Source of the DNA: Candidatus Microgenomates bacterium
GTDB taxonomy: Bacteria > Patescibacteriota > Microgenomatia > UBA8517
Assembly: GCA_049523135.1 (NCBI GenBank)
Contig: JBEKNE010000001.1
Location: 146,095 to 210,094 of the forward strand
DNA: 64,000 bases
Reading direction: 5' to 3'
Part shown: piece by piece, positions 44,973 to 55,064 of the stretch
How positions within the stretch are numbered: the first letter of the stretch is position 1
Layout: every line of letters starts with the position of its first letter
The notes under the pieces: generated by a model
The model's database searches: none
Told to the model about the DNA's origin: nothing
What the model saw: the letters and a program-made list of their open reading frames with translations, nothing else
Position numbers and translations under genes: made by a program

Positions 44973-45244
44973 TTGTAAATTTTCGGTTTTTAATTGATAT
45001 AATTATCCTTATGGATTCTGTACAAACACTTTTAATTATTGTAGTTGTAAGTTTAACAATTTTACTTGTGGTTGTCGGAGTTGAGGTAATGCTTGTAATA
45101 GTGGACCTTCGGCGTGCAGTAAAAAGATTAAATAGTATTTTGGAAGATGCAATTCTTGGCGGGGGTTTAATCCGTCCGGAAAAACTTACCTCGGTTCTCG
45201 AAATTCTCCATAAAGGTAAAAAATTGGAAACCCACGGTGGCTAA
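44969..45244 (+). CDS. Small membrane protein, hypothetical
   Basis: One or two TM helices, 91 aa. Confidence 0.3.
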   Translation: MIVNFRFLIDIIILMDSVQTLLIIVVVSLTILLVVVGVEVMLVIVDLRRAVKRLNSILEDAILGGGLIRPEKLTSVLEILHKGKKLETHGG

Positions 45245-45262
45245 AAATGATATACTTTAGCC

Positions 45263-47074
45263 ATGACCACTTCCGAAATCCGCAAAAAATATTTGGAGTT
45301 TTATAAAAAACAGGGTCATATAGAAATAACCCCAAGCCCACTTGTAATCGATTCTGATCCGACAACTCTTTTTACATCTTCCGGAATGCAGCAACTTATT
45401 CCTTATCTTAAGGGTGAGAAGAACCCTCAAGGAAAACGTTTAACCGATTCTCAATCATCATTAAGATTGCAGGATATTGAAGAAGTTGGTGATAACCGTC
45501 ACACAACATTTTTTGAAATGCTTGGAAACTGGAGTTTGGGAGATTATTTTAAGAGGGAACAAATTCCTTGGATTTGGAAATTTTTTACCGAAGAACTAGA
45601 ACTTCCAAAAGAAAGGCTGCATGTAAGTGTTTTTGAAGGAAATGAAGATATACAAAAAGATACGGAATCGTATGAAATTTGGAAAAGTTTAGGTCTTCCC
45701 GATTCGCATATTCATTTTTACGGAGCGGATAAAAATTGGTGGAGTAGAGCCGGAGCTCCTTCCAAAATGCCGGCAGGAGAAATCGGCGGACCGGATTCTG
45801 AAATATTTTTTGAGTTTCCTGATGTTCCCCACGACCCGAATTATGGAAAATTTTGCCACCCGAATTGCGACTGTGGGCATTTTTTGGAAATCGGTAACTC
45901 AGTTTTTATGCAATATCAAAAAACCGAAGACGGAAAATTAATTGAGTTGCCCCAGAAGAATGTTGATTTTGGCGGAGGATTGGAACGGATTGCCGCGGCG
46001 GTAATGGATAGTTCTGATGTTTTTAGAATTGATATTTTTTCGGGAATTATAAAAAAACTTGAAGAAGGAGTCGGAACTGCTTATGGTGAAGATTCACAAA
46101 AAGATAGAAGTTTTCGTATAATTGCCGATCACTTGCGGGCTTCTGTAAATCTGTTAAGCGAGGGAGTAATTCCGGGGAATAAACTTCATGGTTATGTACT
46201 TAGAAGGTTAATTCGAAGAACAATGTTTCATTTTCATTTGTTGGGAAGCGGTATGTCAGGTGGAGAAGTTGCCAACGTTGCTGAAAGTTTGAGAAAGTTT
46301 TACCCGAATGTTGATAAAAATTGGGAGTTTGTTGAAGAAAATTTGGCCGCTGAAGCCACGCGTTTTGAGGCGGCGCTGAAAAGAGGTCTAGCACGTCTCA
46401 CAAAAGCGGTCAGCGATAACCAGGAAATTAACGGAAAGTTTGCGTTCGATATTTACCAGACTGAAGGTTTTCCGCTGGAACTTACAATGGAAATATTGAA
46501 CCAAAACGGAATTACCTTTTCACCCGCCGAAAAAAATGCGTTTGAAACGGAATTTGAAAAACACAAGGAAGCTTCTCGTACAGCTTCCGCAGGAATGTTT
46601 AAGGGAGGGCTTGCCGAGGCTTCCGAGATTACGACCAAACTTCATACGGCAACACATCTTCTTCATGCGGCTCTTAGACAAGTTTTGGGAGAACATGTCG
46701 GGCAAAAAGGAAGCCATGTAACGAGCGAAAGATTGCGTTTTGATTTTTCCCATCCGCAAAAACTGACAGATACCGAAATTAAAAAGGTTGAGGATTTGGT
46801 AAACCTAAAAATAAACGAAGACTTGCTTGTAAGTTTTGTCGAAATGCCGCTAAAAGAGGCAATTACCCAAGGAGCAATGCATTTTTTTGCCGAAAAGTAT
46901 GGAGAAAAGGTTAAAGTTTATACAATTGGCGACCCAAACGGAATCTGGTTTTCCAAAGAAGTGTGCGGCGGGCCGCATGTGACTCACACGGGTGGTATAG
47001 GGGGTGTTAGAATAATTAAGCAGGAGAAAATCGGATCCGGAATTGTCCGGATTTATGCTGTTCTTAAAAAATGA
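45263..47074 (+). CDS. alaS: Alanyl-tRNA synthetase (short form: catalytic + editing domains, lacking C-Ala domain)
   Basis: The AlaRS N-terminal catalytic core (FTSSGMQQ, GNWSLGDYFK) and the editing-domain HxxxH ... CGGPHV motifs are present. Length is 603 aa. Confidence 0.9.
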   Translation: MTTSEIRKKYLEFYKKQGHIEITPSPLVIDSDPTTLFTSSGMQQLIPYLKGEKNPQGKRLTDSQSSLRLQDIEEVGDNRHTTFFEMLGNWSLGDYFKREQIPWIWKFFTEELELPKERLHVSVFEGNEDIQKDTESYEIWKSLGLPDSHIHFYGADKNWWSRAGAPSKMPAGEIGGPDSEIFFEFPDVPHDPNYGKFCHPNCDCGHFLEIGNSVFMQYQKTEDGKLIELPQKNVDFGGGLERIAAAVMDSSDVFRIDIFSGIIKKLEEGVGTAYGEDSQKDRSFRIIADHLRASVNLLSEGVIPGNKLHGYVLRRLIRRTMFHFHLLGSGMSGGEVANVAESLRKFYPNVDKNWEFVEENLAAEATRFEAALKRGLARLTKAVSDNQEINGKFAFDIYQTEGFPLELTMEILNQNGITFSPAEKNAFETEFEKHKEASRTASAGMFKGGLAEASEITTKLHTATHLLHAALRQVLGEHVGQKGSHVTSERLRFDFSHPQKLTDTEIKKVEDLVNLKINEDLLVSFVEMPLKEAITQGAMHFFAEKYGEKVKVYTIGDPNGIWFSKEVCGGPHVTHTGGIGGVRIIKQEKIGSGIVRIYAVLKK

Positions 47075-49239
47075 ACCTCAAGGATTTCTTAACAAGCAGG
47101 GAAAATCCACCTGAGCTTTATTGGTCGCTTGTAATTGAAGGAGGGTGGGTTCAAGCGGGACTTTGGTATATAGAGGATGCAGCCGCTGAAGTAGTTAGTA
47201 TCAGTTCCGGTGCGGCATGGAGTACCGATGATGAACTTTTGAGTGCAACAGATGCGGCTCTTTCTTCCGCTATCCAAACACTTCCTGAAAATTATAAAGA
47301 GCCGAATAAAACCGTTTTTGGTGTACCTTCTTCTTGGGTTAAAGGCGGGGAAATTTCGGAAGAGTATTTGGGTAAAATTAAAAAACTTTGTACGGAACTT
47401 TCCTTAACCCCGGTTGGTTTTGTAGTTTTGCCGGAGGCAATTGCTCATTTATATAAATCCGAAGAAGGATCTCCTTTGAATGCCATAATTTTAGGGCTTT
47501 CCGAGGCAAATATTGAAGTCTCGGTTTTTAAACTGGGAAATTTGATCGGTACAACGGAAGTATCCAGAAGCGTTTCTTTAATTGAAGATGTTGTCGAAGG
47601 TCTATCCAGATTTGAAAGTGCAGCCCCATTGCCGTCCCGTTTTATTATTTACAACGGTAAAGAAAGGGAGTTGGAAGAGGCTAAAGAAACTTTACTGCAG
47701 GCATCCTGGGGAGATAGCAGTAAGATTAAATTTTTACACACTCCCAAAGTTGAAATCTTAAGTCCCGATAGAAAAGTTTTGGCAACTTCATTTGCCGGAG
47801 CTGCCGAAATTGGTAATGTTTCCCAAGTTACCTCTAAAGAACCGGAATATACGGAAGAAAAAGAAGAAGAGATTTCTAAAGCGGTATTGGCTCAAGAAAA
47901 AACTGCGGAAGATTTAGGCTTTGCGGTCGGACAAGATATTTCAATGAAAAAAGAAGATATTGAAAACGTGGTTCCCCCCGAAAATATTCCGGTTTCTACC
48001 CCGCCAAAACCCGCTTTTAACCCGGGAAATGACGCCGCCAAATACTTAAGAAAAACCCGGGATTTTTTTCATTCATTTTCGATAAAGGCGCCTCCCGCTC
48101 CACATATCAAAAATAATACTTTGATCGGCATTTTAGTGGCAATCTTTCTTGTTCTTGCAGGTGGCGGAGTTTTTTGGTGGTTTTACCCAAAGGCAAATGT
48201 TATTGTTTATGTTGCTCCTAAAAGATTTGAGGAGACGGTTCAAATAACTTTTGCTCCGAACGGACAATCAAATTTAAGTGCCGGTATAATTTCCGGCCAA
48301 GTGATTACAGATCAGGTATCGGGTGATAAAACCAAGTCAGCAACAGGTACAAAACTAATAGGAAATAAAGCTGTCGGTACAGTCCAAATTGCAAACGGAA
48401 ACGGAACAGATATCAGTTTGTCAGCAGGTACAATTTTAAATTCTTCCGCAGGACTTAAATTTGTAACAAATTCGGAAGCATCTGTCTCTGGTCAACTTTT
48501 GCCGGGTCAACCTGGGACTGCAAATGTTGATGTTACCGCCGGAGATATAGGGTCTCAATATAATTTAGCAAAAGGGGAAATATTCAGTGTGGGAAATTAC
48601 TCAAAAGCGCTTGTTGCTGGAACTTCAGTTGCCGATTTTTCAGGCGGGAGCAGTCAGGAAGTTTCAGCAGTAAGTAAAGATGATCAAACAGGTTTGGAAA
48701 CGGATTTGGAGAGCGAGTTAAATCAAAATGCAATAAACGATATTTCAGCCAAAATCGGAAGTGATCAGATTTTTGTAAATCAATTAGCCTCGTTTGATGT
48801 GGCAAGTGAAAATTTTGACCACAAAGTTGGAGACTCTGCGGATAGTATTAAACTTTCTTTAACAATGAATGCAACAGGAATTGCCGCCAATAAGACAGAT
48901 CTTCTTAATTATGCCAAAAGCGTGCTTCAGGATAAGGTTCCTTCGGGTTTTACTCTTAAAGATGATCAGATAGATTTTAAGTTTCAGTTTGTGGGGGAGC
49001 AGAATGGAAATTATTTATATAATGTAACTGTTGGAGCAAATTTCCTACCTCAACTCGATACTCAAAAAGTAATTTTGCAGATTCTCGGCAAGGACCCATC
49101 TGTTGTTGAAAATTATTTGGATTCAATTCCCGGATTTGATCATGCTGAAATAACTTTAAAGCCAAAGTTTCCTGGTCCTCTTGGCACTCTCCCCAGAATT
49201 GCCAAAAATATCACTCTCGAAGTGGAAGCAGAACAATAG
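47071..49239 (+). CDS. Membrane-anchored protein with an N-terminal cytoplasmic FtsA/PilM-like (actin-fold, probably non-catalytic) domain, one TM, and a large extracellular beta-rich domain
   Basis: The N-terminal pattern SLVIEGGWVQAGLWYIED...VVSISSG...IILGLSEANIEVSVFKLGNLIG parallels the FtsA/PilM phosphate-1 and phosphate-2 strands, with degenerate Gly motifs. A TM helix (IGILVAIFLVLAGGGVFWWF) follows, then a ~360-aa Gly/Ser/Thr-rich ectodomain. Confidence 0.4.
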   Translation: MNLKDFLTSRENPPELYWSLVIEGGWVQAGLWYIEDAAAEVVSISSGAAWSTDDELLSATDAALSSAIQTLPENYKEPNKTVFGVPSSWVKGGEISEEYLGKIKKLCTELSLTPVGFVVLPEAIAHLYKSEEGSPLNAIILGLSEANIEVSVFKLGNLIGTTEVSRSVSLIEDVVEGLSRFESAAPLPSRFIIYNGKERELEEAKETLLQASWGDSSKIKFLHTPKVEILSPDRKVLATSFAGAAEIGNVSQVTSKEPEYTEEKEEEISKAVLAQEKTAEDLGFAVGQDISMKKEDIENVVPPENIPVSTPPKPAFNPGNDAAKYLRKTRDFFHSFSIKAPPAPHIKNNTLIGILVAIFLVLAGGGVFWWFYPKANVIVYVAPKRFEETVQITFAPNGQSNLSAGIISGQVITDQVSGDKTKSATGTKLIGNKAVGTVQIANGNGTDISLSAGTILNSSAGLKFVTNSEASVSGQLLPGQPGTANVDVTAGDIGSQYNLAKGEIFSVGNYSKALVAGTSVADFSGGSSQEVSAVSKDDQTGLETDLESELNQNAINDISAKIGSDQIFVNQLASFDVASENFDHKVGDSADSIKLSLTMNATGIAANKTDLLNYAKSVLQDKVPSGFTLKDDQIDFKFQFVGEQNGNYLYNVTVGANFLPQLDTQKVILQILGKDPSVVENYLDSIPGFDHAEITLKPKFPGPLGTLPRIAKNITLEVEAEQ

Positions 49240-49253
49240 TACACTAGTGTGAT

Positions 49254-49973
49254 ATGTCTCAAAAAACAATCTTGCGGGTAGCCGCTTTGATTTCCGGAAT
49301 TTCTGGGATTGTTATTTTAACAGGAGTAATTTATCCGATTGTTCTATATAACACAACTTATTCCAAAAACTACACAAAACTTGTTTCTCCGGTAAATGGA
49401 TCGACTACCAATGCGACTGTTACAAACCCTACTCAAAATGTTTTAGGTAGCAGCGCTTCGGGACAAAGTGACACGGATGCAAGTACTTGGTTTACCGGAG
49501 GGGCAACAAAAGAAGATTTTGGTTCCTCAAGTATAAATTATTACACGCTTACAATTCCAAAACTCGATATTGACGGCGCCACGGTTGCAATTGGAGGAGA
49601 CGATTTGGATAAGAGTTTGATTCAGTATCCCGGTACCGCTTTGCCCGGAAAACGAGGAAATGCCGTTATCTTTGGTCATTCGGTCTTACCACTTTACAAT
49701 AACCCCAAAAGTTACAGATCAATTTTTACCATGCTTCCGACCCTTACTATCGGGGATCAGATTTTTGTAAATTACGATGGAGTTTCCTACACTTATAAGG
49801 TGGAAACAATGTTTGAAGTCTTGCCGACGGACATTCAAGTATTGGATCAGGACAGCAGCGACTCCTTTTTAACTTTGGTAACCTGCGTTCCGCCGGGGGA
49901 TCCGTGGGATCCTAAAAGACTGATTGTCAGAGCAAGGGTGGTTCCACCCAATCAGAATACAAATATAGATTAG
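49254..49973 (+). CDS. Sortase family transpeptidase
   Basis: N-terminal TM, catalytic His (VIFGHS), the TLVTC active-site Cys motif, and a downstream Arg (RLIVRARV). Confidence 0.7.
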   Translation: MSQKTILRVAALISGISGIVILTGVIYPIVLYNTTYSKNYTKLVSPVNGSTTNATVTNPTQNVLGSSASGQSDTDASTWFTGGATKEDFGSSSINYYTLTIPKLDIDGATVAIGGDDLDKSLIQYPGTALPGKRGNAVIFGHSVLPLYNNPKSYRSIFTMLPTLTIGDQIFVNYDGVSYTYKVETMFEVLPTDIQVLDQDSSDSFLTLVTCVPPGDPWDPKRLIVRARVVPPNQNTNID

Positions 49974-49974
49974 T

Positions 49975-50361
49975 ATGAAAATATTAGGAATTGATTATGG
50001 AAGAAATAAAATGGGATTGGCAGTTTCCGATGGCCCACTGGCGGAGCCGCTTCGCGTGATTAGATACTCAGATACAAGAGTGGTTGCTGAACAAATAAAA
50101 AAAATTATTGAAGAAGAAAAGATTAAAAAAGTAATAGTCGGAATTTCGGAAGGAGAAATGGGAAAAGAGTCCCAAAATTTCAGTAAAAATTTTTCCGAGA
50201 TGATAAAAATTCCCGTTGAGACTTCCGATGAAACTCTTTCCACTCAGGAAGCCCAAATTCTCTCCCGCGAAGCGGGAATTCATCAAAAAAAGCGTCATGA
50301 GATGGAAGATGCCTACGCCGCCTGCATAATGCTTCAAAACTATTTGGATTTTTCAAGTTGA
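49975..50361 (+). CDS. ruvX: Putative pre-16S rRNA nuclease / Holliday-junction resolvase-like YqgF (RuvX)
   Basis: N-terminal ILGIDYGRNKMGLAVSD, RNase H-like fold, size 128 aa, and conserved position after alaS. Confidence 0.8.
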   Translation: MKILGIDYGRNKMGLAVSDGPLAEPLRVIRYSDTRVVAEQIKKIIEEEKIKKVIVGISEGEMGKESQNFSKNFSEMIKIPVETSDETLSTQEAQILSREAGIHQKKRHEMEDAYAACIMLQNYLDFSS

Positions 50362-50591
50362 CGAGGGGCACTTCATGGTATAATTTATGTAGAATGTTTA
50401 AAAATGTAATTGCTCCGATGCAGGCTTGGCTACTTTCTCAGGGAAGGTGTGTCGGTTGCGGTAGGCCTCTTTCCGAAGGTAAAGTTAAAAAAACCCAATA
50501 CGGTGAGCAGATAACTTGCGAGTGCGGGAGAATTTTTATTCATGACCCTAAGACCGGAAAGTACAGGCGAGCTCTTCTTGAGGAAGTCTGA
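50358..50591 (+). CDS. Small Cys4 zinc-ribbon protein, hypothetical
   Basis: CVGCG...CECG motifs. Located between ruvX and mltG. Confidence 0.35.
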   Translation: MTRGTSWYNLCRMFKNVIAPMQAWLLSQGRCVGCGRPLSEGKVKKTQYGEQITCECGRIFIHDPKTGKYRRALLEEV

Positions 50592-51545
50592 ATGAAAAAA
50601 CTACTCTTTTTGCCTCTTTTGGTTATATTTTTTATTGCTGCGGGCGCCTTTTGGTTTTATAAAAGTTCATTACCCGTTTCCGTAACTGAAAATTTTAATT
50701 ATTTTGTCATTTCCAAAGGCGAATCAGCAGCTGAGATCGGGAGTAATCTCCAATCTTCAGGAATTATAAAAAGCGCTTTAGCTTTCAAGATTTATTTACA
50801 AGTAACGGGACAGTCGGGTAATCTTCAATCCGGAGAATTTAGGTTAACCCCTTCTTTTTCTCTCTTTCAAACCATAGAAACCCTTTTCAAAGGACCTGTG
50901 GAAATTTCAGTAACAATTCCAGAAGGCTTGAGACGTGAGGAAATTGCCGCAAAGTTTGCAGCAGGGCTTGATAAAGACAGTTCCTTTACGACTGAGTTTT
51001 TGCAGGCATCAAGCGGCAAGGAGGGCTATCTTTTCCCCGATACATATCTTTTTCCCAGAGACGCTTCGGCCTCGGCAATAGTAAAAAAGATGACGGATAC
51101 ATTTACGGCCAAGACTGAAGGTCTAACTCCCCAAGATTCAGGTCTTTCGTTTTCTCAATCAGTAATTTTGGCATCAATTCTTGAAAGAGAAACAAAAACC
51201 GATACTGAGCGTCCGATTGTGGCAGGAATACTTCTGAACAGAATTAACATGGGAATGCCATTACAGGTTGATGCCTCGGTACAATATGCAGTCGGAACGT
51301 CGAAAGACTGGTGGCCCATTCTTTCTTTGGCGGATTTGGCGGTAAAGTCCCCATACAATACTTATGTAAATCAAGGTCTTCCGCCTACACCCATTTCAAA
51401 CCCGGGACTTTCCAGCTTAAAAGCAGCATTTAATCCTGCAAAAACCAATTATCTTTATTATATTCATGATTCTTCAGGTCAAATTCACTATGCCCAAACT
51501 CTTGCGGAGCATAATGCCAATATTGCCAAATATTTGAATAAGTGA
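50592..51545 (+). CDS. mltG: Endolytic murein transglycosylase MltG (YceG)
   Basis: N-terminal TM and the YceG-like domain with ILLNRINMGMPLQVDASVQY. Confidence 0.8.
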   Translation: MKKLLFLPLLVIFFIAAGAFWFYKSSLPVSVTENFNYFVISKGESAAEIGSNLQSSGIIKSALAFKIYLQVTGQSGNLQSGEFRLTPSFSLFQTIETLFKGPVEISVTIPEGLRREEIAAKFAAGLDKDSSFTTEFLQASSGKEGYLFPDTYLFPRDASASAIVKKMTDTFTAKTEGLTPQDSGLSFSQSVILASILERETKTDTERPIVAGILLNRINMGMPLQVDASVQYAVGTSKDWWPILSLADLAVKSPYNTYVNQGLPPTPISNPGLSSLKAAFNPAKTNYLYYIHDSSGQIHYAQTLAEHNANIAKYLNK

Positions 51546-51565
51546 TTTTTGGGAGTATTTGGGGG

Positions 51566-51593
51566 TTGACAAGGGGATGTGGGACTATATAAT
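51566..51593 (+). promoter_or_regulatory. Sigma-A type promoter upstream of rpoB
   Basis: TTGACA (51566-51571), a 16-bp spacer, TATAAT (51588-51593). The ~80-nt leader contains a GCGTAC/GTACGC hairpin. Confidence 0.5.
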
Positions 51594-51675
51594 CCGTTCT
51601 TAGGCGTACATGAATGGTACGCTCGTCTCGCTTCACAGTGGCGGGGCTTTAGTGTTTTAATAAACCCGAATACTA

Positions 51676-54600
51676 ATGACATCTAAGAAACCATCCCGCA
51701 GAAATTTCGGCAAAGAAGAAAAAAATCTGCCTGAAATTAATTTAAGCCAAGTTCAAAAAGAAAGCTGGCAATGGTTTCTAGGGGAAGGGATTAAAGAGGA
51801 ATTGATAGCAATTTCCCCGATTGATGATTTTACAGGAAAAAATTGGCAATTGTCTTTAAGTGATCACTCCTTGGGTGCTCCAACAATTTCTCCCAGAATG
51901 GCTCAGAAAAAGGGTATAACCTTTTCATCTCCTCTAAAAATTCGCGCAACCCTAGTTAATAAAAGAAACGGACAGGAAGTAACCCAGGATGTTTTCCTTG
52001 GGGATATTCCCCAAATGACTTCTGCGGGAACTTTTATAATCAATGGAATTGAAAGAGCAGTTATTAATCAGATAGTTCGCTCTCCGGGAGCTTATTTTTC
52101 AGGAGAATTGGACCCTTCAAGCGGTCGGGTTCTTTATAAAGCCGAAGTCCGTCCTCTTCATGGAAGCTGGCTGGAATTTGAAACTACCAGAGCGGATGTT
52201 ATTTATGCCAGAATCGACCGGAGGAGAAAAGTTTTGGCTACTACTTTTCTTCGCGCACTGGGAGTTGAGAGCGACCAGATGATTATTGATGCTTTCTGTG
52301 AAATTGATAAAGATAACGATCATAAATATATTGCGGCTACTTTAGCCAAGGATTCTACAAAAACCCAGGAGGAAGCTTTAATCGAAATTTATAGAAAGAT
52401 GCGCCCTGGAGAGCCGGCTGTACTGGAAAATGCGGAATCTCTTTTTGCCAGTCTTTTTACGGATGGCAGACGTTACGATTTGGGCAAAGTCGGTAGATTT
52501 AAGATAAATAAGAGATTGGGGGTTGCCCTTCCGAATGAGAAATCCAATTGGGTTTTGACAAGACAGGACGCAATTGCTTCAATTTCATATCTTATCGGTC
52601 TCCAGAACGGATCCGGAAAACTTGATGATATTGACCACCTTAGTAACCGCAGACTCCGCCGTGTTGGGGAGCTTGTTGCAGTTAATGCCTTTAGAGTAGG
52701 GCTTCTGAGGCTTGAAAGAAGTGTCAAGGAAAAAATGAGTCTTATTTCACCCGATGATAAACCGCTTCCGGCAACTCTTATTAATGCCCGTCCACTGATT
52801 GCATCTCTTAATGAATTTTTCAGAAGCAATCAGCTTTCAACAATACTGGACGATACAAATCCTCTTAGCGAAGTTGATAACCTCCGCCGTGTTTCTGTAC
52901 TCGGAACAGGGGGGATAAATAGGGAACGTGCTAGCTTCTCAATCCGTGATGTTAATGCCTCCCAATACGGCAGGATTGATCCGATTAGGTCTCCTGAAGG
53001 ACCAAATATCGGACTTGTAACCTACTTGGCATTGTATGCCAAGGTTGATGAGTTTGGTTTTATTCAGGCTCCCTATAGAAAAGTGGAAAAGGTTGGTAAG
53101 AAAGTCAGAGTAACCGATGAGATTGTTTATCTTACAGCCGATGATGAAGAGGATCGTTATATCACACACTCGGGAGTTGGAGTGGACGCGGAGGGCTTCA
53201 TTACCGATAAGCGTGTTCCTCTCAGATACGGAGGAAAGTTTATTGAAGGCTCTGCTCAATTGGTTGAATATATTGATGTAACTCCGCGCGAAGTAATTGG
53301 AGCTTCAGCTTCTCTTATTCCTTTCTTGGCCAATGATGAAGGAAACAGGGCCCTAATGGGAAGCAATATGCAGTGTCAGGCAGTCCCCTTGGTTAATCCG
53401 GAATCTCCAATTGTCGGAACGGGGATGGAGGCCGAGATTTCTTCTGGAATGCAGAGGGTTGTTTATACAAAACACTCGGGAACAGTTGATTATGTTGATG
53501 GTGAAAAGGTGATAGTTAAGCTTGATAAAAAAACCAGTGATAAAGATGAAAATGTAAATGTTGAGGATTCTGAGCTCACAGATGACGGTAAGAAAGAAGT
53601 TTATTATTTGACAAAGTTTAAGCGTACAGCACATTCAACCTGTTATAACCAAATTGTTAGAGTTGAACCCGGACAGAAAGTAGCCACTGGAGACCTTCTG
53701 ATTGATGGTCCTGCCAGTGAAGGCGGAGAACTTGGACTGGGGCGCAATTTGGTAATAGCTTATACCAGTCTTGGAGGTTACGGATTTGAAGATGCAATTC
53801 TTATTTCCGACAGATTGGTCAAAAATGATCTTTTGACCTCTATTCATATTGAGGAATATGAAGCTGAAGTTGTCGATACAAAATTAGGTCCCGAGGAAAT
53901 AACCAATGATATTCCGAATGTTTCCGAGGCAGAGCTTGCAAATTTGGCCTCCGACGGAATAGTTATGATCGGAGCCGAAGTCGGACCAAACGACATTTTG
54001 GTCGGAAAAATTGCACCTAAAGGTGAAACGGAATTAACCAGCGAGGAAAGACTTCTTCGGGCCATTTTTGGTGAAAAAGCCAGAGAAGTTCGTGATACAT
54101 CTTTAAGAATTCCTCATGGTGAACGCGGAACTGTAGTTGATGTACAGATTTTGGATCGCGATAAAGGGGACGAACTCGGTCCAGGAGTCATCAAAAAAGT
54201 AATTGTCAGAGTTGCACAGATCAGAAAGATTACGGTTGGAGATAAGGTTGCAGGCCGCCACGGAAATAAAGGAGTGGTAAGCAAAATCATGCCAGTTGCG
54301 GATATGCCCCATATGATGGACGGAACACCTGTTGATATTCTTATTTCGCCTCTTTCCGTAATTTCGCGTATGAACCTCGGGCAACTGATGGAGGCCCATC
54401 TTGGCTGGGCACTTATGACTAAAGGACAAAAGGGAGCAGTGCCTGTTTTTGACAAAATCGGAGCGGAAATGATTGCAAATGAACTAAAGACTGCCGGACT
54501 TCCCGTTAACGGAAAAACAAGACTGATTGACGGCAGAACAGGTGAACCCTTTGAGGAAGAAACTGTCGTCGGAATTGCTTACATAATGAAACTTATCCAC

Positions 54601-55050
54601 ATGGTCGAAGATAAGACTCATGCGAGAAGCACTGGTCCGTACTCTTTAGTTACTCAGCAACCTTTGGGAGGCAAAGCCCAAATGGGAGGGCAACGTCTTG
54701 GGGAAATGGAAGTTTGGGCACTTGAAGCACACCGTGCAGCCCATACTTTGCAGGAAATGCTTACTATTAAATCCGATGATGTTCTTGGTCGTGCAAAAGC
54801 CTTTGAAGCTATTGTTAAAGGTGTTGATATTCCGGAATCAACCATTCCCGAAAGCTTTAAAGTATTGGTTCGAGAACTTAACTCGTTGGGACTTGCAATC
54901 GATCCCAAAGGAGCAGTTTTAGCAAAAGAAAGTGATGAAAACGAAGAGGCCGGAACCGAGTTGGCTAAAGCTGCCGGAGCCGAAATGGTCGCGACCAAGG
55001 AACTAACGGCAGATAAAAGTCCTATGGAAGTTGAGGAACCGATAGCTTAG
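51676..55050 (+). CDS. rpoB: DNA-directed RNA polymerase subunit beta
   Basis: 1124 aa with conserved beta-subunit blocks (GDKVAGRHGNKGVVS, NMQRQ-like regions). Confidence 0.97.
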   Translation: MTSKKPSRRNFGKEEKNLPEINLSQVQKESWQWFLGEGIKEELIAISPIDDFTGKNWQLSLSDHSLGAPTISPRMAQKKGITFSSPLKIRATLVNKRNGQEVTQDVFLGDIPQMTSAGTFIINGIERAVINQIVRSPGAYFSGELDPSSGRVLYKAEVRPLHGSWLEFETTRADVIYARIDRRRKVLATTFLRALGVESDQMIIDAFCEIDKDNDHKYIAATLAKDSTKTQEEALIEIYRKMRPGEPAVLENAESLFASLFTDGRRYDLGKVGRFKINKRLGVALPNEKSNWVLTRQDAIASISYLIGLQNGSGKLDDIDHLSNRRLRRVGELVAVNAFRVGLLRLERSVKEKMSLISPDDKPLPATLINARPLIASLNEFFRSNQLSTILDDTNPLSEVDNLRRVSVLGTGGINRERASFSIRDVNASQYGRIDPIRSPEGPNIGLVTYLALYAKVDEFGFIQAPYRKVEKVGKKVRVTDEIVYLTADDEEDRYITHSGVGVDAEGFITDKRVPLRYGGKFIEGSAQLVEYIDVTPREVIGASASLIPFLANDEGNRALMGSNMQCQAVPLVNPESPIVGTGMEAEISSGMQRVVYTKHSGTVDYVDGEKVIVKLDKKTSDKDENVNVEDSELTDDGKKEVYYLTKFKRTAHSTCYNQIVRVEPGQKVATGDLLIDGPASEGGELGLGRNLVIAYTSLGGYGFEDAILISDRLVKNDLLTSIHIEEYEAEVVDTKLGPEEITNDIPNVSEAELANLASDGIVMIGAEVGPNDILVGKIAPKGETELTSEERLLRAIFGEKAREVRDTSLRIPHGERGTVVDVQILDRDKGDELGPGVIKKVIVRVAQIRKITVGDKVAGRHGNKGVVSKIMPVADMPHMMDGTPVDILISPLSVISRMNLGQLMEAHLGWALMTKGQKGAVPVFDKIGAEMIANELKTAGLPVNGKTRLIDGRTGEPFEEETVVGIAYIMKLIHMVEDKTHARSTGPYSLVTQQPLGGKAQMGGQRLGEMEVWALEAHRAAHTLQEMLTIKSDDVLGRAKAFEAIVKGVDIPESTIPESFKVLVRELNSLGLAIDPKGAVLAKESDENEEAGTELAKAAGAEMVATKELTADKSPMEVEEPIA

Positions 55051-55064
55051 AATATACCGAAATT

